From: Octopus vulgaris
Taxonomy: Eukaryota
Direction of reading: 5' to 3'
DNA length: 64,000 nt
Assembly: GCA_951406725.2 (NCBI GenBank)
Contig: OX597825.1
Location: 10,850,001 to 10,914,000 of the forward strand
Shown here: positions 50,322 to 61,924 of the stretch, in pieces
How the letters are laid out: every line of letters starts with the position of its first letter
Position numbering within the stretch: position 1 is the stretch's first letter
The notes under the pieces: model-generated
The model's input: the letters and a program-made list of their open reading frames with translations, nothing else
What the model was told of the DNA's origin: nothing
The model's database searches: none
Program-made: the position numbers and the translations under genes

Positions 50322-50723
50322 GGATCTATTCGCTTTGAACGGCAGTTTTTTAAAATAATTTCCACGTAACTAAACACTTTTAAACTTTGTATACTGGTAG
50401 AATGTGTTTATAAAACATTTTTTTCTCTTGGCTTTATTGAGAAAATTCTATAGTTTGTAAGATATTTGTTGTTTTTTTTCTTCAATTTCTGCAATTTCAA
50501 CCAATCAATGACGTCTATTAAGGTGAAAACATTCTGTGCCATATGAATATGTCCCTCATTTAAGAAACAGATTGGGTTTATTTACAAGATACCCTTCCCC
50601 CACCCCTAACCCTTACCCTAAAACAGATTGAAATGCAATAGATCGATACTAGGGTCATAATTATGGGTGACAATTTCATATGACACCGCTAGAAAAAAAC
50701 TGCCGTTCAAACCAAAAAGATCC
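50322..50723. mobile_element. MITE, Merlin-like
   Basis: TIRs GGATCTATTCGCTTTGAACGGCAGTTTTTT / AAAAAACTGCCGTTCAAACCAAAAAGATCC; perfect 8-bp TSD GTGCAATG; GG..CC termini. Confidence 0.8.
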
Positions 50724-51754
50724 GTGCAATGTTTCGTGTGTTAATAAGCGGAGAAAATTAAATTCTTACAGAATATAATTTAACCCGCTTCTTTTTGTTT
50801 TGAATATAAAAGTAGAGGTTGGATTGTGTAATCTTCAGGCATTTTTTAAAGGCCATAAAAATGCAGAAGAAATGAGGCTGCAACTGGCCATGAAAACGAA
50901 GATTCAGTTCCTTATAGTTTTGCTTTTGTTAAAAAAAAAAAAAATTAAACTTTCAATAACAGTTTATGTCTTTTCTTGATAAATGACTTGTTTTTCTTTT
51001 TAAAGTAGGTTGCCTAAATATTATTAGTTTTATATTGTATAATTACTGATACGTATTCTATAATTTTCCGTGACACAGAAATTAATTTACTAAAAGAGTT
51101 TTCATGGTCATTTAATAATGGGAAACTACTGTTGTTGCTAGTTATCTCCCTTGAAGCTGTAAATTATATAAAACGAATTTTGGTGTTAAATCTATAAAGA
51201 TTCAGAGAAATATTTAAAAAAAAACCCCAAAACAACCCCCTACTATCCTCTTGACAGATTTAAAATAGATTTTGCTTCAGAGAGGGTAATTTCTTAAAAT
51301 AATTAAATTTTCTAACATTTGAAATACAGCAATTTACTACAAATCAGTTATGAATTATAGTTTTATCTTATTCCGGTTGTCTGTCCTCATAACGATTTCT
51401 TTTAAAATCCCTTCTCTACTACTACTACTACTACTTTCAAATTTTGGCAAGTCTAGCAATGTTAGGGGACAAGCAAGTGAATTACAAAGAATGATAGGCA
51501 AACTTGACCTCGGTGGAATTTGAACTCAGAACATAAACACGGACGAAATGACACTAAGCATTTTGTCTGGTGTGCTAACGATTCCACCAACTTGCCATGA
51601 TCCTTTCTTTTATGACAGCAATAATCCTTTCTGCTATAGTCAAAAGGCCAGAAAATTTTATTTTATGGAGATGGAGCTATTCAGTTACATCGACTCCAGC
51701 ACTCAACTTGTATATATTTTCAGACCTCGGCAAAATTCTTTTCTAATAATAATA

Positions 51755-52302
51755 GCAGTACCAGGCAGTGGCTCTCGTAGCTTCTGATCTTAACTGATTG
51801 GAAGTGTTATCATGTACATTGTTTTGTCTTGGTATAAAAGATGGGCTACAGCAAATATTCTGCTCAATACCACAGATTTGCTTGTCAGTTGCTTGACCTT
51901 AACCAGTTGAGCATGTCCCTTAGTGACTGACGATATGTGCATCTCTGACCACAAGCAGAAGTAGTGGGGGAGCATCATAGTCATGTGTTGAGAGGAGTTC
52001 TTTGGGGTTTAAGTGATTCACCTTTGGAAACATGGGTGTTTCGTTCATCATCCTTAAACAATCCTTATTCAGGGACCTTTTGAGCGGGATGGGCTACTCA
52101 ACCAGAAGAAAATTCTAACTGGGCCTCACCTGCAAGGTAATGCGCTGTTTATCTTGATATGAAATCATCATGTCACTTACATATGGTTGTGATGCATGTA
52201 CCTAGTGTACCCTTATCAGACGGGTAGTCATGATACTGGTATACTGGGCATCATATATTTTATCCCAGTGTCACTGTGTTGGCATGCACTACTCTCTCAC
52301 TC
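51755..52302 (+). mobile_element. Family D element
   Basis: (TAA)n on both sides; matches the two other copies. Confidence 0.75.
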
Positions 52303-53987
52303 AATAATAATATTAGTAATAATAATAATAATAACTTCTACTATAGGCGCAAGGCATGAGGTTCAACATGTTGAAATCAGTCCTCACCACTTTATTCCAC
52401 GTCTTTTTAAGTCTCTATCTTTCATAGAAACCAGTCACTTTGAGCACTTAGCTCTTATTTTATACAACTTATTTATACACATCATGTGTCTCTATATCTT
52501 CTCTTTAGTACACCACATACGATTCCTCTTATATCTAGTTTTCCTCTCAGCTCATTTTCTGAGGCTGGTATGCATGGGCGACTGCTGGTCTTCCATAAAC
52601 AACCTTGCCCGGACTTGTGTCTAGGAGGGTAACTTTCTAGGTGCAATCCCATGGTCATTCATGACCGAAGGGGGTCTTTACTCTTTATTCATGTGCACAA
52701 ACATTATATGTCCAGTGGAGGAGCATGTTTGCGTTATTTCTTTTGTACCATCACCAATCTTTTGCATTGAAGGCCCACATCTTTTACCATGTAGCATTGC
52801 ACTTTGTATGCAAACACCATACAATTTGCACTTAATATTAGTTACTCAAAGCTGAGTCTGTGTAAATAACCTTAAGAGTTTCTCATTTCTAGTCCTATAT
52901 AATAGTGTTTATCAGTGCCGAAACTGTCATGATTGCGGATAACAAGGCTGACGATGGTTTTCATTCCATATCTATCTATTGTCCTTTCCATTAATTTGTT
53001 GTTCATGTACTTTATTCATCATCATCATCCTCTTCTCATGTTAATGCCTGCTTTTCCATGCTTGCCAACTTTTACTTGTTTCCAAGCAGGTTACTCCCTC
53101 TGGTCCTTTCTAACACAAACAGCACAATGGCCAGACATATTTTTGTGGAAGATTGCAAACGAGCAACACTGCATATATGATGGTAACATTTGTTTGCGAT
53201 TATTGTGTAGTTTGTCTCTAGACGTGTGTGTCTGTTGTCTCCTCGTCTAGAGACACAGGCATACAAACACACACACACACACACACACACACATCTGTCT
53301 GTCTATCTGTTTGCTGCTTGTCTGTCTGTCTCTCTCATATGCATGTATGTATGTTTGTATGTATGGAAATATGTATGTATGTATATATATACGTATATAA
53401 ATATATGTATGTGTATATATGTATATATATATACATATATGTATATATGCATATACATATATATATACATATATGTATATATGCATATACATATATATAT
53501 GTATATATATACACCAAGAAAGTTAGGGGTTGTGGATCCAACCCACTAAGGGATGATATTTATCCAATATTATATATGTGTGTGTGTGTGTGTGTGTGTA
53601 TTGCTAATTTTGGCTACATATTTTATCTACACATATTCAAATTGATACACACACACACATGCACATTCCCTGTGATTGGTAAATACAGTTTGTACTAAAA
53701 ACCCCAACTTCTGCCAGACTTCTCTCCAACAGCCTTCTCCCAACTTAACAGTCTCTGTCTGCCTCTGTGTTCTTAATTGCTAGAATCTTTGTGGAAGGCT
53801 TCCTTTGTGTTGTTGCCAGTTATTAATGTCACCATATTCCCATTTTATATTTTCATAGTGTGATCTTACTGCTGAAAGGCTCTAACATATCTTGTATTCT
53901 CATCTGTCACTGTTGTTATTACAGTATTAGCACATGCACCGTGTTGCTTTACCTCTTTACGGTTTCTTTTCTCTAGTTTTTTTAATT

Positions 53988-54024
<37 letters not shown>

Positions 54025-54586
54025 GTTATTATTATTTTTTTTTTTTTTTTTGTCGTTGTCGTCTGGTAATTAGACAAACACTCCATCATTAAGTCGGCTG
54101 TCCAGAAATTTCAGAAACAATTACCAACGACAATAAGCAAAACGATATTTTGTGGAGCGAGCAAGGCACATTTTTAAAAGCGATTCAAACTTCAAGGGAA
54201 AAGATGTAATGTTTAATTGAGTTTGAACATTTGCAGATATAATCCCTTGAGAGACAAAAAAAAAAAGAAACAAAAAACCCAAAAGACATTGTTCTATGGA
54301 ACCTAAGACAAGAATTAAAAAAAAAACCCAGAAAACAAAAGCAGAATATATAAAACATACAAGTTATCGTTATTGTGGTTGTTATACATGCATACATATA
54401 TATTTATGTACATACATACATATATTTATGTATGTGTATACATAAATAAATAAATATATATATATATATACATAAATATACATATATGTATGTATGTAAA
54501 ACAACCATGATAGCAACAACTTTTATGTTTTATATACTTTGTTTTTGTTATCTTTTTTAATGCTTGACTTGAGTTCCATAGAACTT

Positions 54587-54634
<48 letters not shown>

Positions 54635-55290
54635 GACATACATATGCATATATATATATATATATATATATAAAGCTTACTTGGAAAAGAGTCCATGGTA
54701 TTCAATCATATAATAATATAAATAATATAAATATATGCATACATATATATGTATATGTACATACATATACGGGTACAGAACATAAAAAAAAACGTAGACA
54801 GAATGAGAAATGAGAACATAAAAAACAAAACATAGAAAACAAACTTTTTTCGAACAACACAAAAAACCCCAGAGAAACGAGACATGCAACATAAAGAACA
54901 TTCCCTTCATCTGTTGTCCCCTGTTTTGTCTACTCCGCATTTCGAAGGTAAGGACAAGGCGCAACTGCTTTAAAACAGTCCTTCCCGCAAAGCAAATGGG
55001 AACTTTTTGCAGAGGGTGAAAGTGGTACCAAAAACAGGACAGTGGTGCTTGTCCCTTCACCTGGTGTGTTTACATCTCGTAACTTAGCAGTTCGACAAAA
55101 GATACCGATTGAATAAGTACTAGACTTACAAAGAATGAGTCCTCAGGTTGATTTTTTTTTACTAAAGGCAGTGCTCCAACATGGCCTCAGTCAAATGTCT
55201 GAAACAAGTAAAAGAATAAAAGAATATATATATACACACACACACACACACACGCACATTTATATATATATATATATGCCCACACATACT

Positions 55291-55330
<40 letters not shown>

Positions 55331-55981
55331 TACACACACACACACACACGTATATATAAATACATATATATATATTATATATATAAATACTTATATATAT
55401 AGGTATGTTCTGCTGTTTCCCTTTAGGTCAACTCAACATGTTTATCAGACTACAGTTTGAAAGCCATATCTAATCATTATTCAAAATAGAACTGTTTGAT
55501 GACATATGGCCAGCTGGTCGCCTGTGGCCCGTTGCAACACCCTATGCAGCCAGTGATGTATTTGGAAATGATATTTATTTATAAGCCGGCCAAGAGACAG
55601 CCTGTCAAAAGAAAAAAGGAAAAAAAAAAAAAAGAGGCCATTATGCAAATAAGAACACAGAAAGACCTTTTAAAACCATTCTCTCTTCCTCTGTAGCAGT
55701 GATTCATAATTAAAAACATACATATTGATTTGTTGTAGATTTGTACAATGCCACAATTCTTAAGAGTGGAGGGCAGGAGTGGGGTGAGGTTGGGGGTTGA
55801 TTGATGATGTGATTGATACTTTTATCAACCCCTAGAGAGATGAAAGACAAAGTTGACTCCTGTGGGATTTGAAATTAGAAAATAATGAGATGTAAGAGAT
55901 ACTGTGAACCCCTTTGTTTGGCGTTTGCTCATTTCTGATAATCTGTTGCCTTTGAAATTATCAAAATATTTAGTATTTTAA

Positions 55982-56201
55982 CCCGTTCATTACCAACTAG
56001 GCTGAAACTGGATCTGGCTCTGAGTACAAATGTCTTGTTTTCATAAGTTTTGAATTAAAATATTCCACCAAACCTTAGTCACAATCTATGTTCCTAACAC
56101 TAGCTTAATGAGGACTAAGTTATTTTACTAAATTCTTTGTTATATTTAAAATAATTCAGAGAAAAACAGAGCATCTCAAAATAAATACAGTAACAAGAGG
56201 G
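55982..56201. mobile_element. piggyBac-type MITE
   Basis: TTAA TSD; same family as 7300-7520. Confidence 0.85.
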
Positions 56202-56623
56202 TTAATTTACTTCATTAGAAAAACTAAGAAATCTGTAGTTCACAGTTTTTTTAAAATCCTGTAAAAACTGTCTTGTGTCTTTGTAGAACAAAAATAGTTT
56301 AGTTAATAAGGCATTGGACTACTAATTACCAGTTGGTGAGATCAAATCCACCTCAAGTATTCTATGCAGTTTCTGGAGAAGGCATTTCAACATCCACTCA
56401 AATGTTTAGTATGACAGATTGTGACAGCAAATGAGACCAATCATAGTACCATAAAAAAAAATGGTCCAATTAATCTATATTGATGATAGACTGCATCACA
56501 CTTGTGACCCCTGGTAAATAAACATGATGTTCCTCTGCAAAATGTACTCACTCATGTTCAATATTCTACATTTATTTAGTGTTTCTCTCTTCACTACTTC
56601 AACAACCACAGTGTTTTTTATAG

Positions 56624-56663
56624 TTCTCTGAAGAGGTCTTATAAGGCTGAAACATATTTGGAG
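56624..56663 (+). ncRNA. Degenerate minimal hammerhead motif
   Basis: TTCT CTGAAGA GGTCTT-AT-AAGGCT GAAA C-ATAT TT GGAG; stem III G missing. Confidence 0.5.
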
Positions 56664-56829
56664 TTGTCTCCTATAATTACCGAAATTATTGAAATAGAAA
56701 TATCAGTCAATGTGTTAATACTGTCTTTTCCTCACCACATAAATATTTCTTATTAGTTTATTTTTCAATGCTAATTACATTAAATATGTTGACACTAACC
56801 TAATTACTTGATATTTGATTTGATTGCAG

Positions 56830-56921
56830 GATAATTCCTTTGATACTGCTGTGAGAAAGTGTAGTGAACATATCCAACGTGAAGCAGATGGCCAGTTCCA
56901 AGGGGCATGGATCCTTACTGA
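56830..56921 (+). CDS. TPRG1L: Second coding exon of TPRG1/TPRG1L-like gene (DNSFDTAVRKCSEHIQREADGQFQGAWILTE)
   Basis: Branch-point CACTAAC 56793-56799, acceptor TTGCAG, donor GA|GTGAGT; 92 nt, in frame with the first coding exon; resembles [23 protein letters not shown] of human TPRG1L as recalled. Confidence 0.9.
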
Positions 56922-57156
56922 GTGAGTTGAGTTTCTTTCCTTTCTGAAAATGGTTTCTATAATATTCACTTGAAATGAGGAATTTTAGAGGAGATGAAAC
57001 GGGGGAGGGGGATGTAAAAGGTTCCAACTATTGTTCATCATCATCATTATCATTACCACCACCACCACCTGATCAAGATTGATTTGTTGACTTTTAACTT
57101 CAGGGTTTGCAGAAAAAGCAATCATCCAGTTTCAATAAATTTCAGTATAGTTAGGG

Positions 57157-57423
57157 CTTCAGTTCTATATTTAAGAGATGAGGAACTATTTACATTATTT
57201 ACATTTGACGGATATTTGTCCTCGTCTTGTTTGTTGTTAACACAACGTTTCAACTGATATACCCTCCAGCATTTGTCAGGTGTCTTGGGGAAATTTCAAA
57301 CCTGGGTTCTCATTCATAAGGTGTTTTTCGATGTTATTATTATTCAGGTCACTTCCTGGAATTGAACTCGGAATCTTGGGGTTAGTAGCCCACGCTCTTA
57401 ACCTCTACACCATATGCCCGTAA
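57157..57423 (-). mobile_element. SINE-like element: tRNA-derived head plus hammerhead motif, 10-bp TSD
   Basis: ATAGTTAGGG at 57147-57156 and 57424-57433; A-box TGGTGTAGAGG, B-box GAGTTCAATTCC; hammerhead-like motif at 57239-57284. Confidence 0.75.
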
Positions 57424-57755
57424 ATAGTTAGGGGTGTTATTTAGAAAGGTGACTATTTGGGAAGTCAAGTTGGTGTACAAACCATCAAAGAAACATAATT
57501 AATATCAAAACAGCTTAATGTGTGATCCACAATCAAAATTAAAATTAGCATCATTTGAAACACTCCTTCATTCCGTATTTTGGTTGTATTCCTTTGTGTG
57601 TCATTGGCTTGTTCAAACGGAATTAATCTATGCCTACAAAGGAGATTCTAATTGGTTAATTGACTGGCAAGAATTAGCAGATAAATTTCCTTCAAATTAT
57701 CTTACATTGTTTAAAAAAAAACCCCCCAAAAAAACCGAATGACATATTGAATGAT

Positions 57756-57956
57756 GGGGAGGGTCATTTTCTTTTTGTGGCTTATAATATAACACACTCA
57801 CCGGTAAAATTTCCACTTATTTCTTATTGAAAGACTATTGAAAAGGTTGCAAGCCGCAACGAAAATTTTAGGAAAATAAGAATAAGAAAAAAAAAGTGAA
57901 AATTTTACCGGTGAGTGTGTTACATAATAAGGCACAAAAAGAGAATGACTCTCCCC
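57756..57956. repeat. Long inverted repeat (~75-bp arms, ~50-bp spacer)
   Basis: GGGGAGGGTCATTTTC..TAACACACTCACCGGTAAAATTT versus AAATTTTACCGGTGAGTGTGTTA..GAATGACTCTCCCC. Confidence 0.85.
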
Positions 57957-58545
57957 GGACACAACAGAATATACTTCAACACACGAACTCATATAAAGAA
58001 TCTTGCAAACCAAATCCAAAAACGAAATTGAATGATGTAGTTGTATCTGTATCATGGTTGAAAAACCAAGACAAGATGCTTGAGGCTGGAGCACCTTTGA
58101 TTGTATGTCAACTTGATCAAGACTGACCTAGGGCTAAAAAAAAAAACAACAACAACAACAGATTTAACCAGGACATTCCAATACCAGCAACGTTAACAGT
58201 ACATGAATAGATAAGTATTCAGAAGTCCATAAAGGTGTGCTTCTTTCAACCACACCTGCATGTCATAAAGAACGGGATCTTTGTCAGAATGGGCAGCTTG
58301 ATAAAGTGAAAGAAAAAAAGGGGCAGGGTGTTAACAAAAAACAAACCTTGTAATAAAACATGAGATCAGAATGTGCGTGTGTGCGCTCGTGTGTGTGATA
58401 TTTTATATCTATTTTTGGTGTGGACAGGACATCTCAGCTAGATCCAATGCCTTGTGTATGGCAAAGCTCCTTTCTGAGTGGTTGGATACTTTTCATGGTA
58501 CCAACCATTTTACAGAAGGTATTTGGGTGCATTTTTCATGGCACC

Positions 58546-58580
<35 letters not shown>

Positions 58581-58780
58581 CATTAACTTAAACTGATACA
58601 ACTACTTTTGCCCCACCCCCCTGGTGTTTTTAAAATCTGCAGAAAACACAATCATGAAACACAATCAGAAATACATACAATTCATGTCATTTGTTATATT
58701 TTTAACATTCTTTGCCTTTTGAATCACTTAACCACAATGTGCAACTGGTTACCTTGTTTTAGTACTTTTTAGATAGAAGT

Positions 58781-58946
58781 AAGGCACAAGAGTGTCTGTG
58801 TGGTAAGTAGCTTGCTTACCAACCACATGGTTCTGGGTTCAGTCCCACTGCATGGCACCTTGGGCAAGTGTCTTCTACTATAGCCTCAGGCCAAGCAAAG
58901 CCTTGTGAGTGGATTTGGTAGATGGAAACTGAAAGAAGCCCATCGA

Positions 58947-58979
<33 letters not shown>

Positions 58980-59400
58980 TATGTTTGTGTGTCTGTGTTT
59001 GTCCCCCCAACATCACTTGACAACCGATGCTGGTGTGTTTACATCCCCGTAACTTAGCGGTTCAGCAAAAGTGACCAATAGAATAAGTACTGGGCTTACA
59101 AAGAATAAGTCCTGGGGTCGATGTGCTCGACTAAAAGGCAGTGCTCCAGCATGGCCACAGTCAAATGACTGAAACAAGTAAAAGAGATATAATGTGTGTG
59201 TGTGTGCATTTGTCCCCCACCACTGCTTGACAACTGGCACTGGTTGGCTTAAATTACCAGAACTTAGCTGTTCAGCAAAAAGACACCTACAAAAATAAGT
59301 ACCAGGCTTTAAAAAAAGTACTGTAGTCACTTTGTGTGACTAAACCCTTCAAGGCAGTGCCCCAGTATGGCCACATTTCAATGACTGAAAAGAATAAAAG
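58781..59400 (+). mobile_element. SINE family A plus an additional tail copy
   Basis: Consensus match. Confidence 0.8.
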
Positions 59401-60193
59401 AATATTATAATATCCCAAAGATAGATTTGTCAGACACTCTGCCATTTGTCACAAAAGAATAAAAGAATGGAAAACTGAAATAACATTCCTTCAATGAAAT
59501 ATCATTTCATTTCATTGTATCTGTGTGAGATGCTAACTTAAATCCAATAATCCCTTCCACTTATTATTTCATTCACTAAAGGTTAATTCTTAATACATTC
59601 CTCAAATAAACATCTTACTATATACTCTTAAATTCCTGGTTTCTGTCAGCTGAAAAGTAGTTCGTATGTGAACCAGGGCCTTTCATCGTCATGCTCTTCT
59701 CTTATATCTTCCCCCTATTCTGTTTACTTCTTTTTAAAACACCACGGCTGACAAATCTGTTTTAAAAAGATTTATTATTAGAAAGAAAATTAAGTGTATA
59801 ACAAATATATTCAATAAATTTTAAATTCACAAAACAAAACTTCCATTTTTATATTTTTGATTAAAGGTATATAACAGCAAGGAATATAGTTCTTTTCCTA
59901 TTTTCGTGATGAAAATAAATTAAAAACAAACAAAAAAAAAGTATTTTCTTTCAATAAATAGAACAATGCTAACATCTGGAGCTATATATCTTAACCAGTA
60001 TTCACTGAAGCCAAAAGTAACTGGAAATGTTCTCTGTGGGACAATCCTGTTGTATTTCAGGCTTCTGCTACTAGAAGCCACTTGATGTGACCCTCAGGCA
60101 TCAGTCTGCCAATTGGCAGTGTCAAGTGATGTCGTACATCATGTGGCACGTCTTTGCTTTGCAGTGCTTCTCCACTGTTTGTCAATTTTTGCA

Positions 60194-60335
60194 ATGGCTG
60201 AAATGAAGGAACATCATGCTTCCATGAAATTCTGTTTTCTGCTGGAGAAAAACAGCAACTGAAACAGTTGTCATGCTTCAAAACAGCTTACAAAAATGCT
60301 GCCATGAGCAAAACACAAGTATATGAGTAGTTTTC
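60194..60335 (+). pseudogene. Mariner transposase N-terminal remnant
   Basis: MAEMKEHHASMKFCFLL.KTATETVVML..AY..AAMSKTQVYE*F with frameshifts; interrupted by a CR1 fragment. Confidence 0.75.
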
Positions 60336-60637
60336 AATTCAATTCAATTTTTATTGGCTCAAAAAGCAAAAGCAAGGCCATGTAGGGGGACAGGGAGTTA
60401 TGTACAGGGAGGGTGGTCATACAAAGAGTTCAGGCCATTTCTAGTCAAGAGAGACTTTGAACCGAGCAGTCATCAGCATCTTCACTATCTCGTCTGGCAG
60501 CTTATTCCATGGATCCGTAACCCAGATGGAGAAAGCCCCTCTCCTTCAATTGAGATGAAATCGTTGTAGATAGAGCTTTTCGGAGTGACGCCGCAGCCCA
60601 TGCTCTGGAGCAGGGGTGAAGAACAGCTCTTTCGAGA
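60336..60637 (-). mobile_element. CR1 LINE 3' fragment (related subfamily, (TTGAA)n tail)
   Basis: Alignable to 27500-27790. Confidence 0.85.
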
Positions 60638-61591
60638 AAGAAAAGGTGAAATTACCCATGCAGTCATTACTTACTTTAAGATATACCCGTTAAAAAATTT
60701 TGTGGAACTTATGATTGTTAGGAAAGTGTTTATTGACTAAATTTAGGAAGGATCTGGCAATATTGTTTCTACTGTTCAAGCTGAATGTGGGGTTATACCA
60801 CATAGTTTTTCTTTTTCTTGTGTTTCTACCATTAGGGGATTCTTGTGGCAGAATATATTTTCTGTAATTAAAGCTACTTCTGCTCAGGGTCTCATTATAA
60901 AATATAGCAACAGGAGTAAAAGTCTCTTCAATAGATATCTTTGAAATTTTTTTACAGCTGTTTCTGGATGGGTTTTTCAGAATGTTAAGCAGGTGCTTAC
61001 AGTTTTTGTGAATGTCATGACCTCATTAGGTCTTATATAAGAGCTGTAAGTACTACATTAATATAAGTACCTGCAGGAATCTTGAGGTCAGAGCTTCTAA
61101 AAGTATTAATTAAATATTTTTAAGCTAGTTTAATTGGTGAACATTTTTTATTGCATCTTAATATTAGACTGTCAACTTCGTACAATCCTAATTCTGTAAT
61201 GTTAAATTATTCACATGACCCACTACATACACACACACATTAATAATAAATAATAATAATAATTTTAATGTCCTATAGGGGTTAGAGTTCATTGTGGTAG
61301 AATTTCTGTAGCTGGAGGCTCTTCCTGTTGCTGATTTCAAGGCAATATTTTCTCATGGACAGCTATGCTTTTGTGGAAGATTGGAAACGGATGGTGCCAC
61401 TTGTATGAGAACATAAAGACACACACACATTAGATTTCTTTCAGTTTTCATCTGCTAAATCCACTCATGAGGCATTGATTGGCCTGGGGCTATAGTAGAA
61501 GACACCTGCCCAAGGTATTATGCAGTGGGATTGAATCTGAAATTATATGGTTGGGAAGCAAACTTCTTAACTACCAGCTCTGTTTTTACAC

Positions 61592-61924
61592 ACATGTACA
61601 CATTCATACCACATGTATGCACTCATACCACATGTACGCACTCATACCACATGTACGCACTCATACCACATGTATGCACTCATACCACATGTACACACTC
61701 ATACCACATGTACACACTCATACCACACGTACACACTCATACCACATGTACGCACTCATACCACATGTACACATTCATACCACATGTACACATTCATACC
61801 ACATGTACACATTCATACCACATGTACACATTCATACCACATGTACACATTCATACCACATGTACACATTCATACCACATGTACACATTCATACCACATG
61901 TACACACTCATACCGCATGTACAC
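61592..61924. repeat. 19-bp minisatellite (ACATGTACACATTCATACC) x ~17
   Basis: Direct reading. Confidence 0.95.

Noticed and set aside
52915-52970. GAAACTGTC..CTGACGA hammerhead candidate
   Set aside because: Stems I and II do not pair convincingly.
54895-54950. Hammerhead remnant on the minus strand (TTCGAAATGCG..CAGATGAAGG)
   Set aside because: Boxes are mutated and stems cannot be assigned from this copy.
57345-57420. Functional tRNA gene (likewise other SINE heads)
   Set aside because: No proper acceptor stem or oligo-T terminator; continuous with a repeat body and TSD.
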